Assembly (NCBI GenBank): GCA_964016885.1
Contig: OZ024741.1
Span: 322,958,001-323,022,000, forward strand
Source: Eledone cirrhosa
Lineage: Eukaryota
DNA: 64,000 nt
Direction: 5' to 3'
Position numbers and translations under genes: made by a program. The notes beneath the pieces were generated by a model. It had not been told where the DNA came from. It searched no databases and was given only the letters and a program-made list of their open reading frames with translations. Positions within the stretch are counted from its first letter, which is position 1, and the number at the start of each line of letters is the position of its first letter. Shown one piece after another: positions 13,501-25,329 of this stretch.

Positions 13501-16500
13501 ACACCACCACCATCACCACTAACAAAACCACTAACACCACCACCATCACCACTAACACCACCACCATCACCTCTAACACAACCACCATCACCACTAACAC
13601 CGCCACCATCACCACTAACACCACCGCCATCACCACTAACACCACCACCATCACCACTAACACCACCACTAACACCACCACCATCACCACTAACACCACC
13701 ACCAGCACCACTAACACCACCACCATCACCACCTACACCACCACCATCACCACTAACACCACCACCATCACCACTAACACCACCACTAACACCACCACTA
13801 TCACCACTAACACCACCACTAACACCACCACCATCACCACTAACACCACCACCATCACCACTAACACCACCACCATCACCACTAACACCACCACCATCAC
13901 CACTAACACCACCGCCATCACCACTAACACCACCATCACCACTAACACCACCACCATCACCACTAACACCACCACCATCACCACTAACACCACCATCACC
14001 ACTAACACAACCACTAACACCACCACCATCACCACTAACGCCACCACCATCACCACTAACACCACCACCGCCACCACCACTAACACCACCACCATCACCA
14101 CTAACACCACCACCATCACCACTAACACCACCACCATCACCACTAACACCACCACCATCACCACTAACACCACCACCATCACCACTAACATCACCACCAC
14201 CATCACCACTAACATCACCACTAACATCACCACTAACATCACCACCACCATCACCACTAACACCACCACCATCACCACTAACACCACCACTAACACCACC
14301 ACCATCACCACTAACACCACCAACATCATCACTAACACCACCACCGCCACCACCACTAACACCACCACCATCACCACTAACACCACCACCATCACCACTA
14401 ACACCACCACCATCACCACTAACACCACCACCATCACCACTAACATCACCACCACCATCACCACTAACATCACCACTAACATCACCACTAACATCACCAC
14501 CACCATCACCACTAACACCACCACCATCACCACTAACACCACCACCGCCACCACCACTAACACCACCACCATCACCACTAACACCACCACCATCACCACT
14601 AACACCACCGCCATCACCACTAACACCACCACCATCACCACTAACACCACCACCATCACCACTAACACCACCACCATCACCACTAACACCACCACCATCA
14701 CCACTAACACCGCCACCATCACCACTAACACCACCACCATCACCACTAACACCACCACCATCAACAACACCAGTATCATCACCCCCGTCACCACCACCAA
14801 CACCACTATCATCACCACCATCAACAACACCAGTATCATCACCCCCGTCACACCACCAACACCACTATCATCACCACCAACAACAACAACACCAGTATCA
14901 TCACCCCGTCACCACTAACACCACCACCATCACCACTAACACCACCACCATCACCACTAACACCACCACCACCACCACTAACACCACCACCATCACCACT
15001 AACACCACCACCACCACTAACACCACCACCATCACCACTAACACCACCACCATCACCACTAATACCACCACCACCACCACTAACACCACCACCATCACCA
15101 CTAACACCACCACCATCACCACTAACACCAGCATCACCACTAACACCACCGCCATCAACACTAACACCACCACCACCACTAACACCACCACCATCACCAC
15201 TAACACCACCACCATCACCACTAACACCACCACCACTAACACCACCACCATCACCACTAACACCACCACCATCACCACTAACACCACCAACATCACCACT
15301 AACACCACCACCACCACCACTAACACCACCATCACCACTAACACCGCCACCATCACCACTAACACCGCCACCATCACCACTAACACCACCACCACCACCA
15401 CCACTAACACCGCCACCATCACCACTAACACCACCACCACCACTAACACCGCCACCATCACCACTAACACCACCACCACCACCACTAACACCACCGCCAC
15501 CACCACTAACACCGCCACCATCACCACTAACACCACCACCACCACCACTAACACCACTACCACCACCACTAACACCACCACCATCACCACTAACACCACC
15601 ACCATCACCACTAACACCACCACCATCACCACTAACACCACCACCATCACCACTAACACCACCACCATCACCACTAACACCGCCACCATCACCACTAACA
15701 CCACCACCACCACCACTAACACCACCACCACCACCACTAACACCGCCACCATGACCACTAACACCACCACCACCACCACTAACACCACCACCACCACCAC
15801 TAACACCACCACCATCACCACTAACACCACCACCACCACCACTAACACCACCAACATCACCACTAACACCACCACTAACACCATCACCATCACCACTAAC
15901 ACCACCACCATCACCACTAACACCACCACCACCACCACTAACACCACCACCACCACCTCTAACACCACCACCATCACCACTAACACCGCCACCATCACCA
16001 CTACCACCACCACCACCACCACTAACACCACCACCATCACCACTAACACCACCACCACCACCACTAACACCACCACCACCACCACTAACACCACCACCAC
16101 CACCACTAACACCACCACCATCACCACTAACACCACCACCATCACCACTAACACCACCACCACCACCACTAACACCACCACCACCACCACTAACACCGCC
16201 ACCATCACCACTAACACCACCACCATCACCACTAACACCACCACCACCACCACTAACACCACCACCACCACCACTAACACCACCACCATCACCACTAACA
16301 CCACCACCACCACCACTAACACCACCACCACCAGCACTAACACCACCACCATCACCACTAACACCGCCACCATCACCACTAACACCACCACCATCACCAC
16401 TAACACCAGTACCATCACCACTAACACCACCATCACCACTAACACCACCACCATCACCACTAACACCACCATCACCACTAACACCACCACCATCACCACT

Positions 16501-19090
16501 AACACCACCACCATCACCACTAACACCACCACCATCACCACTAACACCACCACCATCACCACTAACACCACCACCACCACCACTAACACCGCCACCATCA
16601 CCACTAACACCACCGCCATCACCACTAACACCACCACCATCACCACTAACACCGCCACCATCACCATTAACACCCACCACCATCACCACTAACACCACCA
16701 CCATCACCACTAACACCACCGCCATCACCACTAACACCACCACCATCACCACTAACACCACCACCATCACCACTAACACCGCCACCATCACCACTAACAC
16801 CACCACCATCACCACTAACACCACCGCCATCACCACTAACACCACCACCACTAACACCACCACCATCACCACTAACACCACCACCATCACCACTAACACC
16901 ACCACCATCACCACTAACACCGCCACCATCACCACTAACACCACCACCATCACCACTAACACCACCACCATCACCACTAACACCACCACCATCACCACTA
17001 ACACCACCACCATCACCACTAACACCACCATCACCAGTAACACCACCACCATCACCACTAACACCACCACCACCACCACTAACACCACCGCCATCACCAC
17101 TAACACCACCATCACCACTAACACCACCACCACCACCACTAACACCACCACCACCACCACTAACACCACCACCACCACCACTAACACCACCACCATCACC
17201 ACTAAAACCGCCACCATCACCACTAACACCACCACCACCACCACTAACACCACCACCACCACCACTAACACCACCACCACCACCACTAACACCACCACCA
17301 TCACCACTAACACCGCCACCATCACCACTAACACCACCACCACCACCACTAACACCACCACCATCACCACTAACACCACCACCACCACCACTAACACCAC
17401 CACCATCACCACTAACACCATCAACATTTGCAGCATCACCACCACTAACACTTCTACCACCACTTACACCAATACCCCCAACATTACTTTCAACACCATC
17501 GTCATCACCACCTACACCACTTACCACTAATACCACTAGCATCCACAACCACCCCATCACCACCATCAACAACACCAGTATCATCACCCCCGTCACCACC
17601 ACCAACACCACTATCATCACCACCATCAACAACACCAGTATCATCACCCCCGTCACCACCACCAACACCACTATCATCACCACCAACAACAACAACACCA
17701 GTATCATCACCCCCGTCACCACTAACACCACCACCATCACCACTAACACCACCACCATCACCACTAACACCACCACCATCACCACTAACACCACCACCAC
17801 CACCACTAACACCACCACCATCACCACTAACACCACCACCACCACTAACACCACCACCATCACCACTTACACCACCACCATCACCACTAACACCACCACC
17901 ACCACCACTAACACCACCACCATCACCACTAACACCACCACCATCACCACTAACACCACCCCCACCACCACTAACACCACCACCATCACCACTAACACCA
18001 GCATCACCACTAACACCACCACCATCACCACTAACACCACCACCACCACTAACACCACCACCATCACCACTAACACCACCACCATCACCACTAACACCAC
18101 CACCACTAACACCACCACCATCACCACTAACACCACCACCATCACCACTAACACCACCACCATCACCACTAACACCACCACCACCACCACTAACACCACC
18201 ACCATCACCACTAACACCGCCACCATCACCACTAACACCACCACCACCACCACTAACACCACCACCATCACCACTAACACCACCACCATCACCACTAACA
18301 CCACCACCATCACCACTAACACGACCACCATCACCACTAACACCACCACCACCACCACCATTAACACCACCACCATCACCACTAACACCACCACCATCAT
18401 CACTAACACCACCATCATCACCACTAACACCACCACCATCACCACTAACACCACCACCATCACCACTAACACCACCACCATCACCACTAACACCACCACC
18501 ACCACCACTAACACCACCACCACCACCTCTAACACCACCACCATCACCACTAACACCGCCACCATCACCACTACCACCACCACCACCACCACTAACACCA
18601 CCACCATCACCACTAACACCACCACCACCACCACTAACACCACCACCACCACCACTAACACCACCACCATCACCACTAACACCACCACCATCACCACTAA
18701 CACCACCACCACCACCACTAACACCACCACCACCACCACTAACACCGCCACCATCACCACTAACACCACCACCATCACCACTAACACCACCACCACCACC
18801 ACTAACACCACCACCACCACCACCACTAACACCACCACCATCACCACTAACACCACCACCACCACCACTAACACCACCACCAAAATCACTATCATCACCA
18901 CCATCAACAACACCAGTATCATCACCCCCGTCACCACCACCAACACCACTCACTATCATCACCACCATCAACAACAACACCAGTATCATCACCCCCGTCA
19001 CCACCACCACACCACTATCATCACCACCATCAACAACAACACCACTATCATCACCCCCGTCACCACCACCAATAACACTATCATCACCAC

Positions 19091-19122
<32 letters not shown>

Positions 19123-19125
19123 CCA
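10560..19125. repeat. 8.6-kb ACC-based array, dominant 21-bp unit accaccaccatcaccactaac
   Basis: Hundreds of units; interspersed 60-bp marker module (aacaccagtatcatcacccccgtcacc) at ~14760-14910, 17560-17720 and 18890-19100. Confidence 0.97.
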
Positions 19126-19331
19126 TCAAAGTTCTTTTGTCACACATTCTGTGACCTTTTCCGTGACTGGGGATTCTTTTCTTTGTTTTGTGCCTCTCCT
19201 TTGTTCTGTCCTACGCCATCTTGTTTTTGAGTACAAGATGGCGTAGGACAGAACAAAGGAGAGGCACAAAACAAAGAAAAGAATCCCCAGTCACTGAAGA
19301 GGTCACAGAATGTGTGACGAAAGAACTTTGA
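19126..19331. repeat. 99-bp-arm inverted repeat with 8-nt loop
   Basis: Arms 19126-19224 and 19233-19331, 3 mismatches. Confidence 0.95.
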
Positions 19332-19332
19332 C
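19290..19332 (+). ncRNA. Type-I minimal hammerhead ribozyme, family H2
   Basis: gtca-CTGAAGA(19294-19300)-g gtcaca gaatg tgtgac-GAAA-G AA CTT^-tgac; one extra G between A9 and stem II; NUH triplet CUU. Confidence 0.7.
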
Positions 19333-19497
19333 AATATATGAACAACCGTCCGGTTATGGAACCAACCAACCAATTTATAAATTCTTAAATTTATAAATTT
19401 AATTTATAATAAATTGGAGTTGGGCAACTGGTGCGTGTGTTTCTCATCGGCAACATGACCCTCCCAAAGCATAACAATATATATATACATATATATA

Positions 19498-19570
<73 letters not shown>

Positions 19571-20069
19571 ATACGAGTTGCAACATCACTGGTACCAAGC
19601 TGCATTCGCCTTTGCCTTTCACTTGGACAACTACGGGGACGTGAAACTAGCATCCATGGGTGACTGATGGTCTTTCATAAAACATATTTCCCAGACTTAC
19701 TCTACGTTCTGAGTTCCAATCTTGTATAGTCAAGTATTACGGTTGACTTAATATATCTATCCTAGATGTGAATAGAATTATAATAGAAAACCTAGACTCG
19801 ATCAGCTTTTAGTGTTTATCTCATTAAGAGAGATAGAGTCAGGGAGAGCCTGACATTTTCTACCACATGATTACTTTTAGATGATTAATAATTATTTCGT
19901 ATATAAAGTTTCAGCCATACCTGTCTTGATTATATATTTACTTAATTAAGATTTAAATAAGTATTGGTTTCTAATTTTGGTGCTGCACTGTCAGAAATAT
20001 ATCGAGGTACAGACTATTTCATTGCTTCCCAGTAGTTAATTTATTAGAACCCGTATGGATGAAAATGGT

Positions 20070-20345
20070 GGAGGCGCGTAGCCTAGTGGCTAGGATGCTG
20101 GACTTACGATCATAATGTCGTGGGGCGATTTATGGACTGGATAGCTTCTTAAACAAAATACTTCATTGCACGTTCTTCAGTACACTCGACTGAAAATGAG
20201 TACCGGCATTAACTGGAAGTTAACCTTGCAATGGACTGGCATCCTGTCCGAGGGGTAGTCTTGTATTCATGGTCGCTTAATGCCAATGAAAACCGGGATA
20301 ACCACCGGACTGATGAGCCTCCGTTCTTGGAATAGATTTTAACTT
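20070..20345 (+). mobile_element. tRNA-derived SINE with V/MetaSINE-like body
   Basis: Head gaggcgcgtagcctagtggctagg; body aaccttgcaatggactggcatcctgtccgaggggtag and gaaaaccggg...ccggactgatgagcc. Confidence 0.6.
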
Positions 20346-20384
20346 TTTAACTCTTTAACATTTACATTACTCTACTATGTATGT

Positions 20385-20720
20385 AAATAGGGAGACACGT
20401 AGCAGGCTTTGTTTACAAACAGCTAGCGAATTTGAAAATTAGGTGGTAACATGTGCTTATGCCGTATTTGACTAAATTTGCTAGCCGTTTGTAATCAAAA
20501 CCTGCTTTGTGTCACCTTATTTATATAAATATATATATATACCTGCTATGGTTATATAGCTTCTAATTGAAGGAAGGGAGCATCGGTGGCGTGTTGGTGT
20601 AATGGTAACACATTGGTCCGGCAAACCAATGATGTGGGTTCGTATCCCATCTACGTCAATACTCATTCATTTTTTTCCATTCAGAGAGTTTTTGAAAAAT
20701 CCCAACTAACAGACTTACTC
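20385..20720 (+). mobile_element. tRNA-like-gene-carrying mobile unit, copy 1, with inverted 5' segment
   Basis: Homologous throughout to 55112-55502; 20385-20435 is inverted relative to 20474-20522. Confidence 0.8.
20588..20658 (+). tRNA. tRNA-like cloverleaf (loop CC-GGC-AA), probably not a translational tRNA
   Basis: Stems ggcgtg/tacgtc, gtgt/acac, ttggt/accaa, gtggg/cccat; A and B boxes; T-run ~12 nt downstream; lacks U33. Confidence 0.55.
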
Positions 20721-22134
20721 GACTATATTTTCATGGTAAAGGCTTTATCTCACATAATATGGAATCTATGAGATTTTGATGATGTTATTGTTTATTTTGA
20801 GAACAATACCTTAATGTCAGTATGAGTGACTGATTATGGCCGGTTTGAACAGAAAGAGGTGAAAGAATTCTAGCCTGATATGACCGGTTTAAATGCTAAG
20901 TTTGGGCTGAGTTTATTTAAACACATTAAGGGTTATATTGCGGTGTCGCTAGAACGCTGGATAAAATGTGTTACAGAAGGTGGTTAGAGATGTGTGGAAA
21001 GTACACACTTTTTTTTATATCAAACCGATGGTTGTAGTAAAAGGTTTATAGAATATATTTAGACAAAAAGGATTTAATAATATACAGTGTGACACAAATG
21101 AACCTTTGAATTACAGGTACTGTCCATCCGACGGGAATTCTAAGAGTGTACGTCTACCTAATCTCCTTCACAAGGTGTGGATCAACCAGAATTTATGGTC
21201 AAGACACTTGCTGAAGATGTCATATAGTTTAGTTGAACTCAAAACCTAATGATTGTGGAGCAACCTTTAACAATTCGACCTGTTTTTATTAACTTGGTGG
21301 GCTCAAAAATGACTGAATCAACTTGATAATTACGTTAAGGGTACATGTGGCAATAGAAAATTAACGTTTATTCACCAGTTGATAGAAACAACTAAATTTT
21401 CATCGTCGAAATCAACGAAGGATCCATCATCATCACCATTCATCCATCCATAAGTCCTTAACTCCTAATGGAATCGTAGGGACCTCGAGATGACATACAG
21501 CGTGTTAAACATTTAAACTTTGCGGAGTCCATCTCTCGCTCGGTCTGAACACAGCTAATTTTTTCCGAAGAAAGCTGGAGAGATGGAAAGATATAAAAGA
21601 AGAATAGACACCGCTATGAAAAGCAAAGCTGAACACGCAATATTTGAACTCAAAGTGCAGAGAGCCGGAACGAATTCCGTAAAGTATTCTATCCAATATT
21701 CTAACGACTCTACCAATTTCGTCGCCTTCAACATCACCAAGTAAATGATAAACATGAGTAAACATATATTTCTCAAACCGCACTACCACATTTTAAACGA
21801 ATACGTAAGGATGCATTGGACAATGTAAACCTAGACATATGAAACAAAAACGGGTCGGTCACGACTCGCTCGTGACATCTGTAGACGTCGGATAATGCTG
21901 ATGTAAATATTTGATTATAAGTAATAGGTCACTCAGGATTGATCTGAGGCTAAACAATAACAACAACAATATCACCACCACCAACAACAACAACAATATA
22001 TGGTCTATATTTCTGTAAATTTCATATAATGCTGACATATAGTCAAGAGTCGGAGCATAGACTTGTATGATGGTAATGTTCTGTGGTTATGATCCTGCTT
22101 GATGTTGGTGTACGTTAACGCTGGAGTCTGACTG

Positions 22135-22460
22135 ACTGGTACTCCGCCGTTTACGACGCCGAGTGTTCCAGTTGATCCGATCAATGGAACAACCTGCTCG
22201 TGAAATTAACGTGCAAGTGACTGAACATTCCACTGACACGCATACCCTTAACGTAGTTCTCAGGGAGATTCAGCGTGACACGGAATGTGACAATGCTGGC
22301 CCTTGGAATTACAAGTACAACTCATTTTTGCCAGCTGAATGGACTGGAGCAACGTGAAATAAAGTGTCTTGCTCAAGGACACAACGCGCCGCCGGGAATT
22401 GACCCCACGATCTTACGATTGTGAGCTGAATACCCTAACCACAAGTCCACGGTCCTTCAC
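22135..22460 (-). mobile_element. tRNA-derived SINE family B
   Basis: Body ctgaatctccctgagaactacgttaaggg; same family at 23720-24000 (+), 25040-25320 (-), 27860-28260 (-), 50520-51010 (+) and 54558-54672 (+, head only). Confidence 0.85.
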
Positions 22461-22752
22461 GATGGAGTCTACTCCATGCTGGTTCTTGGTATCATCTCTG
22501 TTGTACCATAGTTTGTCGTCTTCGTCAGTAGTTTCACAAATCCAGTTCACCTGACTTCATCCAGCTCTACGGTATCCCATGTGTATCTGGAAAGTTTATA
22601 TGTAAGTTTTTTCGTCCTTCCACAAGCATACAGGGTGCCGGAGTTCCACGTCCTAAAAGCAGTATTTTATTTAGAAAGGTTGATAGTTGTCAATGTGGGT
22701 AATCATTGTTGTTATTGTCTGTTCCCTCGGGAGCTATTCCAGAGCTACACAA

Positions 22753-22793
<41 letters not shown>

Positions 22794-23454
22794 CTAATAT
22801 ATAGTCCATATTTCTGGAGTCTTTGGATAATTACAAATGTGTATATCCTAGTTCACAGACTTCAAGTCTCCCATCACATATTTCTAATTCTTTAAACACC
22901 ATTTCTAATTAATTAACTTTGTGATTGCCGTTTTTAATTTGGTTTTTCGTTTTTTCTTTATATTTTTGTTTAAAACAATTCTTTGTTTTCTTGTTACTTT
23001 TCGTTGTTTATTTCTTTTGTTATTTTTACTGTTGCCGTTGAGGTGGTTATAGTTATAGTAGCTGGCGCTGCAGTTGCTGCTGTTGTTTTATTGTGTTTTT
23101 GCTTTGTTCATATGTTTTTATTATCGCTGCTGCTGTTGTTGAGTCCTCTCTATTCCCCATCCTCCTCCGCTCTCATTTCATATTCTCTTCTGGTAGGATA
23201 ATTACTTACTGATGTTTTGACTATTTAATTACTAACCTGTTTTAATTGGTTTGGCTGGCTGGTTGGCTGGCTGGTTGTAGTAAATAGAACAAATACCGGA
23301 GATGATGTGGTGAAGAAGAAGAAGAAGAAGAAGTGTCAGCAATAGGAACACCGCTCCGTGATTGCGAATCAGTGACAAAACCTTTACGAGCTATCTTGAC
23401 CTACAAGACATAGCAGGCAAATCACCCTTAAATACCACCAACTAGTGGCCCTTT

Positions 23455-23575
23455 CCATTCTGAGTTCAAATCCCGCCGAGGTTAACTTTGTCTTTCATCC
23501 TTACGGGGTCGATAAAATAAAGTACCAGTACTGTACTGGGTAATTGCTGGCCTTGTGCCAAAAATAGAAACAATT
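23455..23575 (+). mobile_element. SINE family C (ttctgagttcaaatcccgccgagg...ggggtcgataaaataaagtaccag)
   Basis: Most abundant repeat in the window, about 20 copies. Confidence 0.9.
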
Positions 23576-24124
23576 AATTAGCTTATATTGTGTCTAAGTA
23601 AGTTTTCAACATGAATTTGTTTACAAAATCTATAATCCGATATTATCATATCTCATCATTGGGCGTGAAATATATTGAGTATTCGTATTGATCTGATCAA
23701 CTATACCAAGAAGGCGTAAAAATGGTGGCTCTGTGGTCAGGATGTTCGGCTCATGTGAGTTTGATTCCCGGCAGTGCATAATATTCTTGAGCAAGGCATT
23801 TTATTTCACGTTACTCCAGTTCACTTAAGTGGAAAAAAATGTTTTGTATTTGTATTGTCACATATTGTGTTGCGCTGAATCTCCCTGAGAACTACATTAA
23901 GAATACACATGTCTGAAATTCTCAGCCACTTACACATAATCTCCCGAAAAGTTGTCCCATTGACCGAACAACTACAACGCTCATTGAAACTGACGGAGGT
24001 CCAATTCACTGGATGTGTTGAACCTATGACGTGTTTCCAAACTAGACTCGAAAACATTTTATTGTTACGGGGGTGAATATGTTGGCCTTGTGCCTGAATC
24101 AGAAACCATTGCATTGTTACGGGG

Positions 24125-24181
<57 letters not shown>

Positions 24182-24324
24182 GGGATAACAAATTATTGTT
24201 ATAGGTAGTCCACTTAGATGTAGTCCAGTTAGGATACTCCGAGTAGTGGATAGTATTAACGCTCGGCTAAGTTTGACTCAACAAGGCGTTTCCATAGTGA
24301 TGCTGCGAGTACGCGGTGATTTCT

Positions 24325-24440
24325 ATGTTGTTCTGATGAATTGACTGGTTATAACTATGTATTGGTGATCGATTGACTCAGAAACAGGCGGGTAGCAATC
24401 TCTAGACCTACCAGTTCAGAGAAACAATTGTCAGCAATGT
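24325..24440 (+). ncRNA. Type-I hammerhead ribozyme with long stem II, family H3
   Basis: atgttgtt-CTGATGA(24333-39)-~80-nt stem II (tgactggt/accagttca)-GAAA(24421-24)-C AATT GTC^-agcaatgt; lies in a 310-bp insert between two (TA)n tracts. Confidence 0.7.
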
Positions 24441-24485
24441 GATTAAAGCCCTTATTGTATAGCAAACCGTGTTACTCTTCTTTCT

Positions 24486-24523
<38 letters not shown>

Positions 24524-24529
24524 TGGTGG

Positions 24530-25000
24530 TGTCTTTATAAAAAAATATAATCGACAACCTTTAAGAAGGTGAAGAATTTCAAGTATCTCAGGACCGTGTT
24601 CACGGGTGATGGAAGGAGGCTGAATTAAGAGCAAGAATTGCATGAGTTGGTGCAATAATGCGCCAGCTTCCGCATTCGGTCATCAGAATGTAGATAGGTG
24701 TAAAAGTCAAACTCACTATGTTCAATTTGGTATTCATGTCAAGCATTACCTATGATCATGAATCTAGGGTAATGAACGAATGAATACGATCACGAATACA
24801 AGTGCTAGACAAATTTTACGAACAAACCCAACCGACAGGTAGACCCCGAGCAAGATTGTTGGATAACATCCCTGATTTCGGCTGGTTTTGCTTGGGCATC
24901 CAGCTAGATCAATTGGAGACGGTTATTTCTGCCATGACCCGCTGAAAGGCGAACTCTGCCCCTACGACCCTCCTAGGAATAACTGAGCAAAGAAGAAGAC
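24530..25000 (+). mobile_element. Decayed RTE-clade LINE 3' fragment
   Basis: EFKYL-like and GRPRAR-LDNI-like motifs, gaagaag tail; homologous to 27365-27700. Confidence 0.7.
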
Positions 25001-25329
25001 GATACGAAATAGACCCTCATTCGGCTTCGACGATGACTATTCCAGCTGTTCGAACAACACAACAACCTGCTTGTGATATTAACGTGCAAGTAGCTAAGCA
25101 TTCCACAAATGCGTTTACACTTAATTTAGATCTCAGGTAAATTCAGTGTGTCATATTAAATGATAAGGCTTAGCCCTTTGAATTATAGAAACAACACATT
25201 TTTGCCAGATGGGTTTACTAAAATAATGGGTAATAAGATATCTTGCTCAATGACACAATGCACTGCTGAGAATCGAACTTACGGTCTTATGGTCGTGAGC
25301 CGAACTTCATAACCCCTAATCTTTAAATG

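Larger units (their letters stand above)
20347..20900 (+). mobile_element. piggyBac-type MITE interrupted by the tRNA-like element
   Basis: 20347-20375 and 20722-20900 align to the intact copy at 29464-29680. Confidence 0.75.

Noticed and set aside
10405-19010. Long Val/Thr/Gly ORFs as genes
   Set aside because: Stop-free read-through of triplet repeats on both strands; no signal peptide, unique domain or splice evidence.
10560-19125. Interstitial telomere or fusion site
   Set aside because: The unit contains CCACTAA, not CCCTAA; no TTAGGG arrays.
20300-20335. CTGATGA as a hammerhead
   Set aside because: No downstream stem II plus GAAA; part of a SINE tail. Same for the motifs at 2374, 51725 and 56982.
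20588-20658. Functional tRNA-Ala(GGC)
   Set aside because: C at position 33, weak acceptor stem, different anticodon in the second copy, and located in a mobile repeat.
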